From the human T2T-CHM13v2.0 reference genome, Homo sapiens, in the NCBI RefSeq assembly GCF_009914755.1, contig NC_060925.1: 64,000 nucleotides of DNA. One strand, given 5' to 3'. Below the pieces are notes generated by a model that searched no databases, was not told the origin of the DNA, and was given only the letters and a program-made list of their open reading frames with translations. Shown here piece after piece: positions 62,045 to 64,000 of the stretch (within the stretch, counting starts at the first letter, position 1; each line of letters starts with the position of its first letter). Made by a program: the position numbers and the translations under genes.

Positions 62045-64000
62045 ATGAAATTGAAATGGATGGACTCATCATCGAATGGATTCGAATGGAATCATCGAAT
62101 AAAATTGATTGAAATCATCATCAAATGGAATCGAATGGTAGCATTGAATGGAATCGAATGGAATCATCATCAGATGGAAATGAATGGAATCGTCATAGAA
62201 TGGAATCCAATGGATTCATTGAATGGAATCAGATGGAATCTTCGAATGGACTGGAATGGAATCATTGAATGGACTCAAAAGGGATCATTATTGAATGGAA
62301 TTGAATGGAATCATCGAATGGTCTCGATTGGAATCATTATCAAATGGAATCGAATGGAATCACCGAATAGAATCGAATGGAACAATCATCGAATGGACTC
62401 AAATGAAATTATCCTCAAGTGGAATCGAATGGAATTATCGAATGCAATCGAATGGAATTATCGAATGCAATCGAATAGAATCATCGAATGGACTCGAATG
62501 GAATCATCGAATGGAATGGAATGGAACAGTCAATGAACTCGAATGGAATCATCATTGAATGGAATCGAATGGAATCATCGAGTGGAATCGAATGGAATTA
62601 TGATCAAATGGAATCGAATGTAATCATCATCAAATGGAATCAAAAATAACCATCATCAATTGGTATTCAATGGAATTGTCATCAAATGGAATTCAAAGGT
62701 ATCATCATCAAATGGAACCGAATGGAATCCTCATTGAATGGAAATGAAAGGGGTCATCATCTAATGGAATCGCATGGAATCATCATCAAATGGAATCGAA
62801 TGGAATCATCATCAAATGGAATCTAATGGAATCATTGAACAGAATTGAATGGAATCGTCATCGAATGAATTGAATGCAATCATCGAATGGTCTCGAATGG
62901 AATCATCTTCTAATGGAAAGTAATGGAATCATCGCATAGAATCGAATGGAATTAAAATTGAATGGACTCGAATGGAATCAACATCAAACGGAAAAAAACG
63001 GAATTATCGAATGGAATCGAAGAGAATCATCGAACGGACCCGAATGGAATCATCTAATGGAATGGAATGGAATAATCCATGGACTCGAATGCAATCATCA
63101 TCGAATGGAATCGAATGGAATCATCGAATGGACTCGAATGGAATAATCATTGAACGGAATCGAATGGAATCATCATCGGATGGAAAAGAATGGAATCATC
63201 ATCGAATGGAAATGAAAGGAGTCATCATCTAATGGAATTGCATGGAATCATCATAAAATGGAATCGAATGGAATCAACATCAAATGGAATCCAATGGAAT
63301 CATTGAACGGAATTGAATGGAATCGTCATCGAATCAATTGAATGCAATCATCGAATGGTCTCGAATGGAATCATGTTCAAATGGAATGGAATGGAATCAT
63401 CGCATAGAATCGAATGTAATTATCATCGAATGGAATCGAATGAAATCAACAACAAACGGAAAAAAAAGGAATTATCGAATGGAATCAAAGAGAATCATCG
63501 AATGGACACGAATGGAATCATCTAATGGAAGGGAATGGAATAATCCATGGACTCGAATGCAATCATCATCGAATGGAATCGAATGGAATCATCGAATGGA
63601 CTCGAATGGAATAATCATAGAACGGAATCGAATGGAATCATCATCGGATGGAAATGAATGGAATCACCATCGAATGGAATCGAATAGAATTATGGAATGA
63701 AATCCAGTGTGATCATCATCGAATGGACCCGAAGGGAATCATCATCCAACGGAAGCTAATGGAAACAACATCGAATGAATCGAATGGAAACACCATCGAA
63801 TTGAAACGAGTGGAATTATCATGAAATTGAAATGGATGGACTCATCATCGAATGGATTCGAATGGAATCATCGAATAAAATTGATTGAAATCATCATCAA
63901 ATGGAATCGAATGGTATCATTGAATGGAATCGAATGGAATCATCATCAGATGGAAATGAATGGAATCGTCATAGAATGGAATCGAATGGATTCATTGAAT

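Larger units (their letters stand above)
903..63820. repeat. 1,776-bp repeat unit organisation, consistent with the ~1.8-kb (1.77-kb EcoRI) HSat2 family of chr1q12
   Basis: The once-per-unit landmark ATGAAATTGAAATGGATGGACTC (or a minor variant) starts at 903, 3121, 4897, 6673, 8917, 10693, 12469, 14245, 17087, 18863, 20639, 22415, 24191, 25967, 27743, 29519, 31295, 34134, 35910, 37686, 40545, 43381, 45157, 47993, 49769, 52605, 54505, 56281, 58057, 60737, 62045 and 63821. Twenty of the 31 intervals are exactly 1,776 bp. One GGAATTCAAAGG (EcoRI) occurs per unit, e.g. at 1547. The period is directly seen; the chromosome assignment rests on established knowledge of HSat2 periodicities. Confidence 0.85.
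1..64000. repeat. Human satellite II (HSat2/HSATII) tandem array, GGAAT strand on +, spanning the entire window
   Basis: Continuous diverged GGAAT/CGAAT pentamers with CATCAT interruptions (CATCATCGAATGGAATCGAATGGAAT; reverse complement ATTCCATTCGATTCCATTCGATGATG). TCGA (TaqI) sites are very dense, sub-periods are ~23/26 bp, and no unique sequence occurs from base 1 to 64000. Confidence 0.98.

Noticed and set aside
54-63700. Hundreds of 60-163 aa ORFs (MESSSNEL..., MKLKWMDS..., MELSSNGIEW...) that could look like a tandem repeat-protein gene cluster
   Set aside because: They overlap in multiple frames with the same low-complexity words, recur at the DNA repeat period, and gain or lose stops at random between copies (e.g. 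TAG at ~12481, the TGA/TTA switch giving 81 vs 163 aa). There are no recognisable domains or gene signals.
1-64000. CRISPR-like array of short repeats
   Set aside because: There are no unique spacers between constant repeats, no leader and no cas genes. All intervening sequence is itself repetitive.
1-64000. Human satellite III or simple (GGAAT)n / telomere-like repeat
   Set aside because: Pure GGAAT runs rarely exceed three or four copies. Pervasive CATCATCGAAT/TCGA motifs and ~23/26-bp sub-periods indicate HSat2 rather than HSat3, and there is no TTAGGG.
1-64000. Inversion, strand switch, or embedded Alu/L1/unique island
   Set aside because: Reading through the window, the GGAAT orientation is constant and every interval between landmarks is explained by satellite sub-units. 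I saw no CATTC-strand block, long poly-A tail or foreign sequence.
1-64000. Functional centromere core (alpha satellite/CENP-B boxes)
   Set aside because: There is no 171-bp periodicity and no CENP-B box seen. The sequence class is pericentromeric heterochromatin.

Overview
The whole 64-kb window is one uninterrupted tandem satellite array built from diverged (GGAAT/CGAAT)n pentamers interspersed with ATC triplets (e.g. GAATGGAATCATCATCGAATGGAATC). This is the signature of human satellite II (HSat2/HSATII), read here on the GGAAT strand. The dominant period is 1,776 bp with one EcoRI site per unit and an internal ~468-bp duplicated sub-repeat, which fits the ~1.8-kb HSat2 of chromosome 1q12 pericentromeric heterochromatin; that placement is inferred, not proven. 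I found no genes, RNA genes, CRISPR array, transposon or inversion, and every ORF in the track is a translation of the satellite. I found no new gene-based biological system. What is interesting is the array's internal history. Spacing between the 32 copies of a once-per-unit landmark reveals length variants (1,308, 1,900, 2,218, 2,244, 2,680, 2,836, 2,839, 2,842 and 2,859 bp). Shared variants reveal nested duplications at offsets of 1,063, 2,244, ~3,084, 4,612, 6,394, 12,060 and 17,050 bp, short gene-conversion-like patches, and a homogeneous core flanked by more diverged sequence. All spacings were read by hand from the sequence and the ORF-track coordinates, so block boundaries are approximate.
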